NCBI GenBank assembly: GCA_020051695.1
Contig: JAGVQM010000019.1
Location: 15,221 to 79,220, forward strand
Direction: 5' to 3'
Length of the DNA: 64,000 nt
From: Candidatus Zixiibacteriota bacterium
GTDB taxonomy: Bacteria; Zixibacteria; MSB-5A5; WJJR01; JAJRUJ01
The notes under the pieces are model-generated. The model was given only the letters and a program-made list of their open reading frames with translations, was not told the origin of the DNA and did not search any database. Below, one piece after another: positions 1 to 8,464 of the stretch (positions are counted from its first letter, which is position 1; every line of letters starts with the position of its first letter). The translations under genes and the position numbers were made by a program.

Positions 1-1
1 G

Positions 2-820
2 GAGTTTTCAGCGATCAAGGAATTTGATGATTATACCTACGTGCACTCGACCAATGTCTGCATTTATTCGATCACACTTGGTTTGCGGCTGGGGCTGGAC
101 CGGAGCCGATTGTCGCAGCTCGGCTTTGCCGCGTTGTTTCACGATATCGGCAAGACCAGGTTATCCCCCGAATTGATTGGCAAGGCCGGGGCATATGACG
201 ATGCGGACTGGCGGGAAATCCGGAAACATCCCGCGCTGGGCGCCCTGACCCTGGCGATGATGCCGGCGACCGATGCCCACAATTCTCGCGCAGTGCTGGT
301 CGCCTATGAGCATCATTTGAATCTGGACGGCACCGGTTATCCGCCGTTGCCCACGCCCCGTGAACTCGATTTGTTCTCGCGGATCGTGGCCCTCACCGAT
401 TCCTACGACGCGATGACCTCGGGACGGGTATATATGAAAACCCGGCTGTCTCCGGATGAAGCGGTGCACCGGCTGCTGCGTCAGAGCGGCTTACGGTATG
501 ATGCGGTGCTGTTGCAGGCGACAATCCATGCGCTCGGAGTTTTCCCGGCCGGGACGTTCGTGCGGTTGAATACCGGCGAATATGGCATTGTGCGGCGCAA
601 TAACCCCCTTGATATTTTCTGCCCGGAGGTTATCGTTTTCCATGTGCAAGAGCACGGCGTGATCATCGACCGGACGATCCAGCTTAGTGCGCGCGATGCG
701 GAGACCGGCGGGTATCGGGCATATATTGCCGAAATTGTCGATCCGGAGACTTTGGGCCTGACCACTAGGGAAGCGCTGGGCATCGAATGGACGGAAACTG
801 CCTCTGCGGCGATCGAGTAA
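2..820 (+). CDS. HD-GYP domain phosphohydrolase (5'-truncated at window edge)
   Basis: Open frame with no stop back to nt 2. Contains HDIGK metal-binding motif and 'LDGTGYPPL' GYP motif, typical of HD-GYP c-di-GMP phosphodiesterase domains. Confidence 0.6.
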   Translation, partial: EFSAIKEFDDYTYVHSTNVCIYSITLGLRLGLDRSRLSQLGFAALFHDIGKTRLSPELIGKAGAYDDADWREIRKHPALGALTLAMMPATDAHNSRAVLVAYEHHLNLDGTGYPPLPTPRELDLFSRIVALTDSYDAMTSGRVYMKTRLSPDEAVHRLLRQSGLRYDAVLLQATIHALGVFPAGTFVRLNTGEYGIVRRNNPLDIFCPEVIVFHVQEHGVIIDRTIQLSARDAETGGYRAYIAEIVDPETLGLTTREALGIEWTETASAAIE

Positions 821-927
821 GGCACCGTACCCTCATATTTTTGTCAACCCGGCCCCCCCGACCAGCGTATAACAAACCGAGAAGCGGGATAACGGTACTC
901 CACAACGTGTAATCAGGGAAGGTAAAC

Positions 928-2199
928 GTGAGTTTCCCGGTCATTGCCTCACTGGTCGCCGTCATGATCCTCTGCAGCGCAAGCAGCGGACGGGCCGAAC
1001 GGATTCTGATTCCGATGGACGTCCGGCAGACCGATCATTTGAAGGCCTATGGGGTGGCCTATTGGGCCCTCGAGCAGGGAATGAATGTTGAATGGTTGCT
1101 CAACTTCGAGGGCGGGTCGTTTCTCTGCCCGGCCGTGTCGGACCTGGCGGATACCTGTATCGTGCGTGGTGTCCTGTTTACCCGGATTTCCGAGCCGGAG
1201 GCCGAGCAGGTGTATACCCGGGTCGAGCAGGAAAACATGGAAGTTGTCCTCCTGGAGAAGGCGCCGTCTATTGCCATTTATACTCCCCCCAACAAACAGC
1301 CGTGGGATGACGCGGTCACCCTGGCCCTGACCTACGCGCAAATCGCGTATACGACGCTCTGGGACGAGGAAGTCCTGGGTGGCGAGCTGAGCCGGTACGA
1401 CTGGGTGCATCTCCATCACGAGGATTTTACGGGGCAGTACGGCAAGTTTTACGCGTCGTACCGGGGGGCGTTATGGTACAAGCAGGAACAAGCCGTCAGC
1501 GAGGCGATGGCCCACCAACTGGGCTACCATAAGGTTTCCGAAGAGAAAAAGGCCGTGGCCCGGGCGATTAAAGATTATGTCACCGGCGGCGGTTTTTTGT
1601 TTGCCATGTGCTCGGCGACGGAGACTCTGGATATAACACTCGCTGCCGAGAATGTGGATATTGTGCCCTCGGAATTCGACGGTGATGCATATGATCCGGA
1701 CTGCCAGGAGCGCCTTGATTATAGTAAAACCATGGCATTTAATGGCTTCTCTGTTTCCCTCGACCCATTTGCCTACACTCATGGAGACATCGACACCACG
1801 CCGGACCGGAAAACGAACCGGTATGGCCCTAAAGGGGATTATTTTACCCTCTTTGACTTTTCCGCCAAACTGGACCCGGTCCCGACGATGCTGGTGCAAT
1901 GCCATGTCCCGGTGATCAACGGCTTCATGGGTCAGACTACTGCTTTTCGCAAGTCGCTGCTAAAAAAACATATCATTATCCTGGCTGAAAACGAAGGGCA
2001 ACAGGAAGTGCGATACCTCCATAGCAATTTTGGGCAGGGCACTTTCACCTTCCTGGGAGGGCATGACCCGGAGGATTACCAGCATTTTCTTTATGACCCG
2101 CCTACCGAATTGGCGTTGCACAAAAGCTCTCCGGGGTACCGCTTGATCCTCAACAACATATTATTCCCTGCGGCGCGAAAAAAAGAACGCAAAACATGA
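928..2199 (+). CDS. secreted protein with class-I glutamine amidotransferase-like (ThuA/DJ-1-like) fold
   Basis: N-terminal signal peptide (MSFPVIASLVAVMILCSASSG). 'GGGFLFAMCSATE' resembles the nucleophile-elbow region of ThuA/DJ-1-type domains. Assignment is tentative. Confidence 0.4.
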   Translation: MSFPVIASLVAVMILCSASSGRAERILIPMDVRQTDHLKAYGVAYWALEQGMNVEWLLNFEGGSFLCPAVSDLADTCIVRGVLFTRISEPEAEQVYTRVEQENMEVVLLEKAPSIAIYTPPNKQPWDDAVTLALTYAQIAYTTLWDEEVLGGELSRYDWVHLHHEDFTGQYGKFYASYRGALWYKQEQAVSEAMAHQLGYHKVSEEKKAVARAIKDYVTGGGFLFAMCSATETLDITLAAENVDIVPSEFDGDAYDPDCQERLDYSKTMAFNGFSVSLDPFAYTHGDIDTTPDRKTNRYGPKGDYFTLFDFSAKLDPVPTMLVQCHVPVINGFMGQTTAFRKSLLKKHIIILAENEGQQEVRYLHSNFGQGTFTFLGGHDPEDYQHFLYDPPTELALHKSSPGYRLILNNILFPAARKKERKT

Positions 2200-2545
2200 T
2201 GTAAACCACTCGTTAATCGTCGTCTTTCGCGGTAATACGCGAATTTGTACCGACCCGAATTTTATTTCGACGGAGACACTTTCGGTTTCGATTCGTGGCA
2301 AAAAAAGGCCATTTATCGGATAAAAAAGTTAATATTTGCTTGCGCAATGGGGGGCGATTTGTAGATTGGTGGTGCGCGTTGCTGTGAGTTGAAGAAAAAC
2401 ATCGTCGTCCGGTTTGACTTGCGCCGGGTGATGGACAATCTCCGAGTGAGACCATAGTTCGATATATGTCGGGAAAAAGTGGGGCAGGCCGGGGCTTTGC
2501 GGTGGAGTGAAGACTTTCGGTGGCAAGAGAAAGGGATGAACTACA

Positions 2546-3244
2546 GTGAAAAATTTGACAATCATCGTCGACAATAATCAGCGGGATTCGGCGGTCCCCA
2601 AGTACATCGAAAGCAAATCCGTGACCATTGAATATGCCAATTTGCGCACCGGGAGTTATTTGATCACCGATAACATGGCCATCGATCGTTTGACCAGCAC
2701 GCAATTTGTCGAGCTTACCTCGCAGAGGGCGTTATTCCGCCGGCTGCTTGATTTCAAGAAAACGTATGAAGAGCCGGTCCTGCTGGTCGAGGGCAATAGT
2801 CTGGCCAAGAATAAAAAAGTCTCCGGCGGCGCCCTGCGCGGGGCGATCTCCTATATCTGCTGTTTGAACCGCATTCCGATTATTTTTACCGCGGATGAAG
2901 TTGAGACCGCCGAGATGCTGTTCATTATCGCCAATCAAACACAGTTCGGCCTGGGCTATGAAGTCTCGGCCCCCGAACCGGAGACCCCGGCGGCGAGTGA
3001 AGGGCAACCGGTAAAGCCAAAGACTCCCGAGGATATCCAGTCGTATATCGTGCAGGCGCTGCCGGATGTCGGTCCGGCGCTGGCAACATCGATTATGACG
3101 ATGTACGGCAATTTGCGCACACTATTTTCCGCCACGGTCGGCGACCTGACCAAAGTCGAGGGCATCGGGCCGAAAAAGGCCAAGAAAATCATCGAGGTCT
3201 TCGATCTTGATTTCGCCGAGGAGAAAAAAGGCAAGAAAAAGTAA
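2546..3244 (+). CDS. ERCC4 (XPF/Mus81/Hef)-like nuclease-fold protein with C-terminal (HhH)2 domain; catalytic motif degenerate
   Basis: 'IIVDNNQRD...LRTGSYLITDNMAIDRLTSTQF' aligns with the ERCC4 signature (VDxRE...GDY...ERKxxxD) but with D->S and ERK->DRL substitutions. C-terminal 'LPDVGPALATSIMT...VEGIGPKKAKKII' is a tandem helix-hairpin-helix. Lys-rich tail. Confidence 0.55.
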   Translation: MKNLTIIVDNNQRDSAVPKYIESKSVTIEYANLRTGSYLITDNMAIDRLTSTQFVELTSQRALFRRLLDFKKTYEEPVLLVEGNSLAKNKKVSGGALRGAISYICCLNRIPIIFTADEVETAEMLFIIANQTQFGLGYEVSAPEPETPAASEGQPVKPKTPEDIQSYIVQALPDVGPALATSIMTMYGNLRTLFSATVGDLTKVEGIGPKKAKKIIEVFDLDFAEEKKGKKK

Positions 3245-3270
3245 CAGCTCTGCCTGCACGCCGCTCTGCT

Positions 3271-3296
3271 GCCCGCCTTCGTGCGGGCTTTTTTTT
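3271..3296 (+). terminator. rho-independent terminator downstream of the ERCC4-like gene
   Basis: GCCCGC-cttcgt-GCGGGC hairpin followed directly by TTTTTTTT. Confidence 0.55.
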
Positions 3297-3387
3297 GCAT
3301 GCGCACAGGGCATATGGGGCATCGCTGAATAATGCCGGTGGCGGTCGGGAAAAACCCGGCGGGATGATGGTGATAAAATCAGGCCGA

Positions 3388-4029
3388 TCAGCTGAACAAT
3401 TTGAGCAGCCAATCGTCGATGAGGAACTGCACGCGCTCGATCAGCAGCGAAATACGCGCCATCACGGTATAGCCGAACGACGCGCCGAAGCCGATCATCA
3501 ATGTCCAGATGCCGACTTTGGCGATGCCGCCGGTGGCGCCTTTGTGTTCCTTGGAGAAAAAGAAATAGACCAACGACGTGATGATGCCGATCACCACCAC
3601 GACCGTGTTGATACCCGCCCAAAAGTCGGTTTGCGAATTATGGAGAGCGACAAACGACTGCACGGTGCCGAAGATTTGTTCGAGGACTTTGGTCTGCATC
3701 TCCAGCGGGATCGCGACGCCGGTAGCGATGCCCAGATAGAACGCCAGCGGGTACCGGGAAATCCAGGCCCAGCGTTTGACGATCCGGGTCCACATCAGGA
3801 CCCCGAGGAACGCCGGGATAAGATACCACCATTTCCCGGCCAGCAGTTTCTGCCAGATGTTGGGGATAGCCACGTTGACGTACAGGATAGAAACCCAGTA
3901 CCCTGCCGAAACGCCGACGACCAGATGTTCGGTAAATTTATAGAACGGATTGTCCTTGTACAAAAACGAAAAAATGCACAGGGTCAGCACCGCGGCGACG
4001 GTTGTGGCTATGGCAGTGGCGAAATCCAT
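3388..4029 (-). CDS. cassette protein D (copy 1): polytopic membrane protein of unknown function
   Basis: Paralogue of 34920-35684 and 38640-39383. Shared motifs FLYKDNPFYKF and FFSKEHKGAxGGxAKxGIWTLMxxFGASFGYTVMARISLLI. Several hydrophobic helices. Confidence 0.7.
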   Translation of the reverse strand: MDFATAIATTVAAVLTLCIFSFLYKDNPFYKFTEHLVVGVSAGYWVSILYVNVAIPNIWQKLLAGKWWYLIPAFLGVLMWTRIVKRWAWISRYPLAFYLGIATGVAIPLEMQTKVLEQIFGTVQSFVALHNSQTDFWAGINTVVVVIGIITSLVYFFFSKEHKGATGGIAKVGIWTLMIGFGASFGYTVMARISLLIERVQFLIDDWLLKLFS

Positions 4030-4032
4030 CGT

Positions 4033-4902
4033 TTATAACCCAACCCTGTTCTTTTTGCGGGTGGCAAAATACCCGATGTTACCGACGATAATAAAAATAA
4101 TAATAATTGAGTGCGCGACCACCTGCACGCTCATGCCTTCCACGGCCTTCCCCGGCGTGCCGACCAGCGTTTCATATTCTGCGGCGCCCTGTAATCCACC
4201 GAGGATTCCGAAAATCTGACCGGTCTGCAGATAGGGGTAATAGTCGGTGGCCATGACCCCGGTGACCCCGATGGCCAGCGGAACCTGATACCGGCCGTTG
4301 CCGTATGTAATCCACCAGTCGGTCGCGGAGGTCCCCGAAATGTTGATCACGGCTTTGATATTCTGGTAATTGCGGATACCCTTCATCATCGGCAGCGAAT
4401 CCAGCGGCACATTGTAATAATCGTTGGGGAAGGGGATCCGGTAGTTTTGTCCCATGCCCAGGATAATCAATATCGGGTATGGCTTGTAGCCCAGGAACAC
4501 CCAGTCTTTACCGCTTTCGGGGCGGTAGCCGGTCAGTTCAAAATGCCGCTGGCAGGCCGTGTCGATGGCTTCAGCAGCCATCCCCGGCCCGTTTTGATGC
4601 AAGGCGGTGATAATGACTTTGATCTTCTTTTCAAAACATTGTTTCAGGACGGCCCGCGTCATCGGGTGCAGCTCCGCAAGCGTGGAGGGATCGTAATCCA
4701 TCGCCAGATGGATATAATCGCCGTCACTGAGACTGTTCATATAATCGTAAATGCTGCGCGCTTCCTTGGAAATCGGGATCGGAATCACCGGCTTGGCAAT
4801 GACCGAGAGGACCACTGCCAGCATCAAAAATCCATAGACCCACCGCCGGTCGATGGCGAACATGCGTTCGAAAATGTTTTTTCGCGAATTCTGCTCAGTC
4901 AT
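4033..4902 (-). CDS. cassette protein C (copy 1): bitopic membrane protein with large periplasmic domain
   Basis: N-terminal TM (WVYGFLMLAVVLSVIA) and C-terminal TM (VVAHSIIIIFIIVGNIGYF). Paralogue of 35688-36548 and 39380-40237 (DYDPSTLAELxPM, GxxGAAEYE motifs). 3-nt gap to D. Confidence 0.7.
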   Translation of the reverse strand: MTEQNSRKNIFERMFAIDRRWVYGFLMLAVVLSVIAKPVIPIPISKEARSIYDYMNSLSDGDYIHLAMDYDPSTLAELHPMTRAVLKQCFEKKIKVIITALHQNGPGMAAEAIDTACQRHFELTGYRPESGKDWVFLGYKPYPILIILGMGQNYRIPFPNDYYNVPLDSLPMMKGIRNYQNIKAVINISGTSATDWWITYGNGRYQVPLAIGVTGVMATDYYPYLQTGQIFGILGGLQGAAEYETLVGTPGKAVEGMSVQVVAHSIIIIFIIVGNIGYFATRKKNRVGL

Positions 4903-4920
4903 GTTCCACCCGAGTTCAGA

Positions 4921-5547
4921 TCAATCCTTGCCCAGATATGATCGTTCAATACCCAGGACCACTTTCATCGCCGTCGAGACGATCCCCAGCCCGACCCCGA
5001 TCAAAATCGCCCGTTTGGCCGCCAGGTTGGGGACATTCAAAATCCAGTCCGAGGTTTTGCCGACCACCGAGGTCAGCGGCCCCAGCGGGAAAAACCGCAT
5101 CATGACGATGATGGCGGCGACCAGCAAAATACTGGCTAAAACCGAGCGGGCACGAAATGCCCGATAAGCGGCCGAGGCAATGAAAAAGGCCAGCAACGAA
5201 AACATCGTCGCCGAGATCGGGATCATGATGTTGTTGAAACTCCAGTCGAACGCCGTCGATAGCGGGGGATAATGATGGCCGATAACGCCGAACGCACTCA
5301 TGACAAACAAGCCGATGAGGGTGACGATGGAGTAACGCCAGGCCTCCGTTTTCCGCCTGATTCTGGTGATGCTCACGCGGGTCAGCGAAATGACGCCGAG
5401 CATCAGCGCAAACACGCCGATAATCGGCGGCCAGTCCAGGGCAATGAATTCGTAGAAAAACTCAGACTTTTCGTGGGGTACGAAATACTGCACGACCATA
5501 AACAGCCCGCAGGAAAAGATAATGATCAGTGGAAACTGCCGTTTCAT
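4921..5547 (-). CDS. cassette protein B (copy 1): polytopic membrane protein
   Basis: Paralogue of 36553-37341 and 40255-40917. Shared motifs ATMFSLLAFFIASAAYRAFRAR and NVPNLAAKRAILIGVGLGIVSTAMKVVLGIERSYLG. Confidence 0.7.
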   Translation of the reverse strand: MKRQFPLIIIFSCGLFMVVQYFVPHEKSEFFYEFIALDWPPIIGVFALMLGVISLTRVSITRIRRKTEAWRYSIVTLIGLFVMSAFGVIGHHYPPLSTAFDWSFNNIMIPISATMFSLLAFFIASAAYRAFRARSVLASILLVAAIIVMMRFFPLGPLTSVVGKTSDWILNVPNLAAKRAILIGVGLGIVSTAMKVVLGIERSYLGKD

Positions 5548-5556
5548 ATCCGTACC

Positions 5557-6906
5557 CTAAATATTCAATGCAAAATAATCCGTGAGCCAGCCCAGATTTA
5601 AAATCCCGGCAATCACTCCGATGACCATGGCCACCAACAGGAGCGCCTTGGCATAATCCTGGGCCTTTAACGTCCCCAACAGAATCGGTTCCCGTCCCAG
5701 GTAGGCCGATGCCGCGTATAATTCCTCACCGATGAGCGTATAGTCGCACGCCACAACGAAAAACGGAAGTTGGGTCACCCGGTCGGTCCCGGAAATCTGG
5801 ATCGACCCGGCCAGCGAACCGGTTTCCGCCAGGATCAGCGATTCGGCGTAGAACACACCCAGGTAGAAATTCGTCGCTGTCTGCCGCCGCAACATGACAC
5901 CGTTGACTGCGGCGACATAGGCAAACTGGTTTTGGGTGACAAAATAGACCATATCTTCGTTATAATCATCCACGCGGCCGGCGTCGATGTAGGCCTGTTT
6001 GACCGTTTCCTGCGCAATGGTCATCACAATCGAATCATAACAGGGGACGATAAGTTCGGTCTGGTACTCGGCGACTTTTTTGGCGACGCGGGAAAGAATG
6101 GTAAACGAGGCAATGGTGGCGATTTCATCGGGCGCCCCCAAACCGAGCACATACAAGATCGGCCGCCCCATTTCGGTCGCGCGGCCGATGGCCTCATCGA
6201 CGGCGTTGATCCCCGCCAACGGCCGGATATACAGTTCCCTGCCGCCCCTGGCCAGTCTGACCATGGTCAGCATCAAGCCCCCGAAGATCAGCACGGCCAG
6301 GACGACCCATGTTTTCCCCGTATGATACCACTGCCCGGATGATTCGACCGGGCCGAAGATTGCGGATTCAGAGACGGCGCCGCCGGTACCGACAGACAGT
6401 ATTTTAAACGAGAATCCGACATCGTCGGGAGAATAATCGTTGCCTTCGCGGGCCTTGCCGCCGCGATTAAAATATTCTGCAGTACCCGCGGGGATACTCG
6501 CAATTGTATCCCATACGCCCTCAACGAGATGCCACCAGGTGCCCTGTTCGTTACGCCATTGGGGCCCGTCGCCCTGTGGTTCGGTCAACGGACCCGCCCA
6601 GCCCGGCGTACGCAGGATCCTATATTGCAGGACATTGTTCCGGCCGCCCAGATCATCGGCGGAGATGTTCCAGGTCAGATGGAAGGCATGGCCATGGTCG
6701 TTGGGGAGGTCCACCACTTGAAGATTGCTGATCGGCGCGGGGGGAGGTTCGACAATAATGGTCGTGGAATCGACAATCAGCGTATCAGAATGGGGTTCGT
6801 CAACTTGCGCTGCTGCTGAAAGGGATAAAACACAACAAATAAAAACGGTTGCGGCTATGCAAATCCAACAATGGGTTGTCCTCACCCCAGCGGCCTCACC
6901 AATCAT
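5557..6906 (-). CDS. cassette protein A (copy 1): signal peptide - Fn3-like ectodomain - TM - conserved cytoplasmic domain
   Basis: Paralogue of 37350-38615 and 40951-42225. Invariant block GRATEMGRPILY...AESLILAETG...QLPFFVVACDYTLIGEELYAASAYL. Ectodomain has the Fn3-like pattern LTWxxxADD...YRILR. Confidence 0.7.
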   Translation of the reverse strand: MIGEAAGVRTTHCWICIAATVFICCVLSLSAAAQVDEPHSDTLIVDSTTIIVEPPPAPISNLQVVDLPNDHGHAFHLTWNISADDLGGRNNVLQYRILRTPGWAGPLTEPQGDGPQWRNEQGTWWHLVEGVWDTIASIPAGTAEYFNRGGKAREGNDYSPDDVGFSFKILSVGTGGAVSESAIFGPVESSGQWYHTGKTWVVLAVLIFGGLMLTMVRLARGGRELYIRPLAGINAVDEAIGRATEMGRPILYVLGLGAPDEIATIASFTILSRVAKKVAEYQTELIVPCYDSIVMTIAQETVKQAYIDAGRVDDYNEDMVYFVTQNQFAYVAAVNGVMLRRQTATNFYLGVFYAESLILAETGSLAGSIQISGTDRVTQLPFFVVACDYTLIGEELYAASAYLGREPILLGTLKAQDYAKALLLVAMVIGVIAGILNLGWLTDYFALNI

Positions 6907-7108
6907 CGGCGGCTAAGAAACCTAAATCCGAGCCAAAACGCAACCCCAAAAAGTGGAAATATCAGCGGAGTACTGTGAATATTATGTAAATATGCAGTAG
7001 AAAGAATTCTCGTGGCATGGGCATCTTCCGCCAAGGGCGGACAGGTGCCCCCGCAGATACACGGGCGGGACGCCCGTGCCACATGGTCATCATAGTCCGG
7101 GACTCGGG

Positions 7109-8458
7109 CTACGCCAGCTCAGCAAGAATCTTCTGAAAATCAGGAAAGCGGGCAAGGATGACATCGGCGTTGTCGATCGTCGTGTCCTTTTCACCGGATA
7201 AACCGGCGACCGCGAAAGCCATGCCGATATCACTGTCACCGTGACAATCAATGTCGGCGGCGTGCCATTCGGTAGGTCCTTCAATGGCCCAGCCGTCCTC
7301 CAGCTCGGCGACTTTGACCCCCATGCGGCGCAGGTTTTCGGTAACCGCGGCAAACGGCAGCAACCCGACATCCTGCAATTCTTTCGCGCCGCGAATCACA
7401 GTCACCCCCACCGCCGATCCGGCGACAACAGCGATTAACGGGAGCTGCCCCGCCAGCGAGGGAATTTCCGAGGCGGAAACTTTGGTAGCTTTGAGCGTCT
7501 CGCCGACCACCTCGATATCACCCACCGGCTCGCCGTTTTCGATACGCCGCTTCTGCGTGGTGATCTCGGCCCCCATGCGCCGCAGGATTTTCAACAGCCC
7601 GGTCCGCGTGGAATTCAAGCCGACGTCGGTGACGACAATCTCCGACCCCGGCCGCACGGTGGCGGCGGCGATCAGCGGCGCGGCCAGCTCATAATCGCCG
7701 GGGATGACCCAATCGACCGGCTGCAGCGGCGCCGCATGCGGAGTAACCGTCAGCCGTTTATGAAATACTTCCCGTTCGGCCAGCGCCTCGTCGGGACGCA
7801 GCAGTTGTTCGCGGCGGCTCAGCGGGCGCTCGGGCCGGACAATTGACGGTTCAATGCCATAGGCAGGTAAAATCCGCTCCAGACTGTCCGGCAACGGCAA
7901 ATCTTCGGTAATTTCGGTGGTGGACGAGGCAAACAGGGCTGCCATCAGCGCAACATCTTTAACCATCGGCAAGCAAGAGCCGGTGGCAATCAACGAACCG
8001 CGTGGCTGGACCGAATTGAATTTGATGCTGGTCTCATCGTTCTCACTGATTTCCGGCAAGATGCCCATGACCGCCAGGGGCTCGAAAACGGCCGCGCGGA
8101 TTGCCGCAGGCACATCTCCAACCAGTGTCGACGGCTGTTTTCCCCCGGCCAGCAGGCCCGCCAATAACCAGTAGGCGACGGGCGCGTCCGGACAATTCAA
8201 CTCGAGGGTGGCCGAAGTCTCCACGCCGGGCGGCCTGCCGTCGATTTGGATAACATGGCGCCCGGCGTTCACGGCCGAGCCGAGCCGGCGGACGCAGTCC
8301 AATACAGTTTGCGCACCGTGGTGCTCCGGCCAGTTGTTGATCGTCGATTTTCCGCCACACAACACCGACAGCACCGCTGCCCGCTGTGCCAGCGCAATGT
8401 CCGGCGGAAAACGGAAACTGCCCCGCACCCGCCGTGTCGGTTTAATCGTCAGTTTCAT
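7109..8458 (-). CDS. aroA: 3-phosphoshikimate 1-carboxyvinyltransferase (EPSP synthase)
   Basis: EPT-family fold. N-terminal GGKST...RA..L region and C-terminal 'DIGMAFAVAGL...ARFPDF' match AroA rather than MurA. Confidence 0.7.
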   Translation of the reverse strand: MKLTIKPTRRVRGSFRFPPDIALAQRAAVLSVLCGGKSTINNWPEHHGAQTVLDCVRRLGSAVNAGRHVIQIDGRPPGVETSATLELNCPDAPVAYWLLAGLLAGGKQPSTLVGDVPAAIRAAVFEPLAVMGILPEISENDETSIKFNSVQPRGSLIATGSCLPMVKDVALMAALFASSTTEITEDLPLPDSLERILPAYGIEPSIVRPERPLSRREQLLRPDEALAEREVFHKRLTVTPHAAPLQPVDWVIPGDYELAAPLIAAATVRPGSEIVVTDVGLNSTRTGLLKILRRMGAEITTQKRRIENGEPVGDIEVVGETLKATKVSASEIPSLAGQLPLIAVVAGSAVGVTVIRGAKELQDVGLLPFAAVTENLRRMGVKVAELEDGWAIEGPTEWHAADIDCHGDSDIGMAFAVAGLSGEKDTTIDNADVILARFPDFQKILAELA

Positions 8459-8464
8459 CAGAGA

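Noticed and set aside
3295-4038. 247-aa + strand ORF (and 3122-3622 minus-strand ORF) overlapping cassette gene D1
   Set aside because: Antisense to, or out of frame with, a well-supported membrane-protein gene. Arg/His/Asp-rich low-complexity translation typical of GC-rich non-coding frames.
5770-6342. 190-aa + strand ORF inside cassette gene A1
   Set aside because: Entirely antisense to a conserved triplicated gene. No motif support.
7060-7078. Perfect 8-bp GC hairpin (CACGGGCG-gga-CGCCCGTG) 30 nt downstream of the aroA stop, considered as an intrinsic terminator
   Set aside because: No U-tract follows on the coding (minus) strand. It may still be a transcript-stabilising or terminator element in a high-GC organism, but cannot be supported as a canonical rho-independent terminator.
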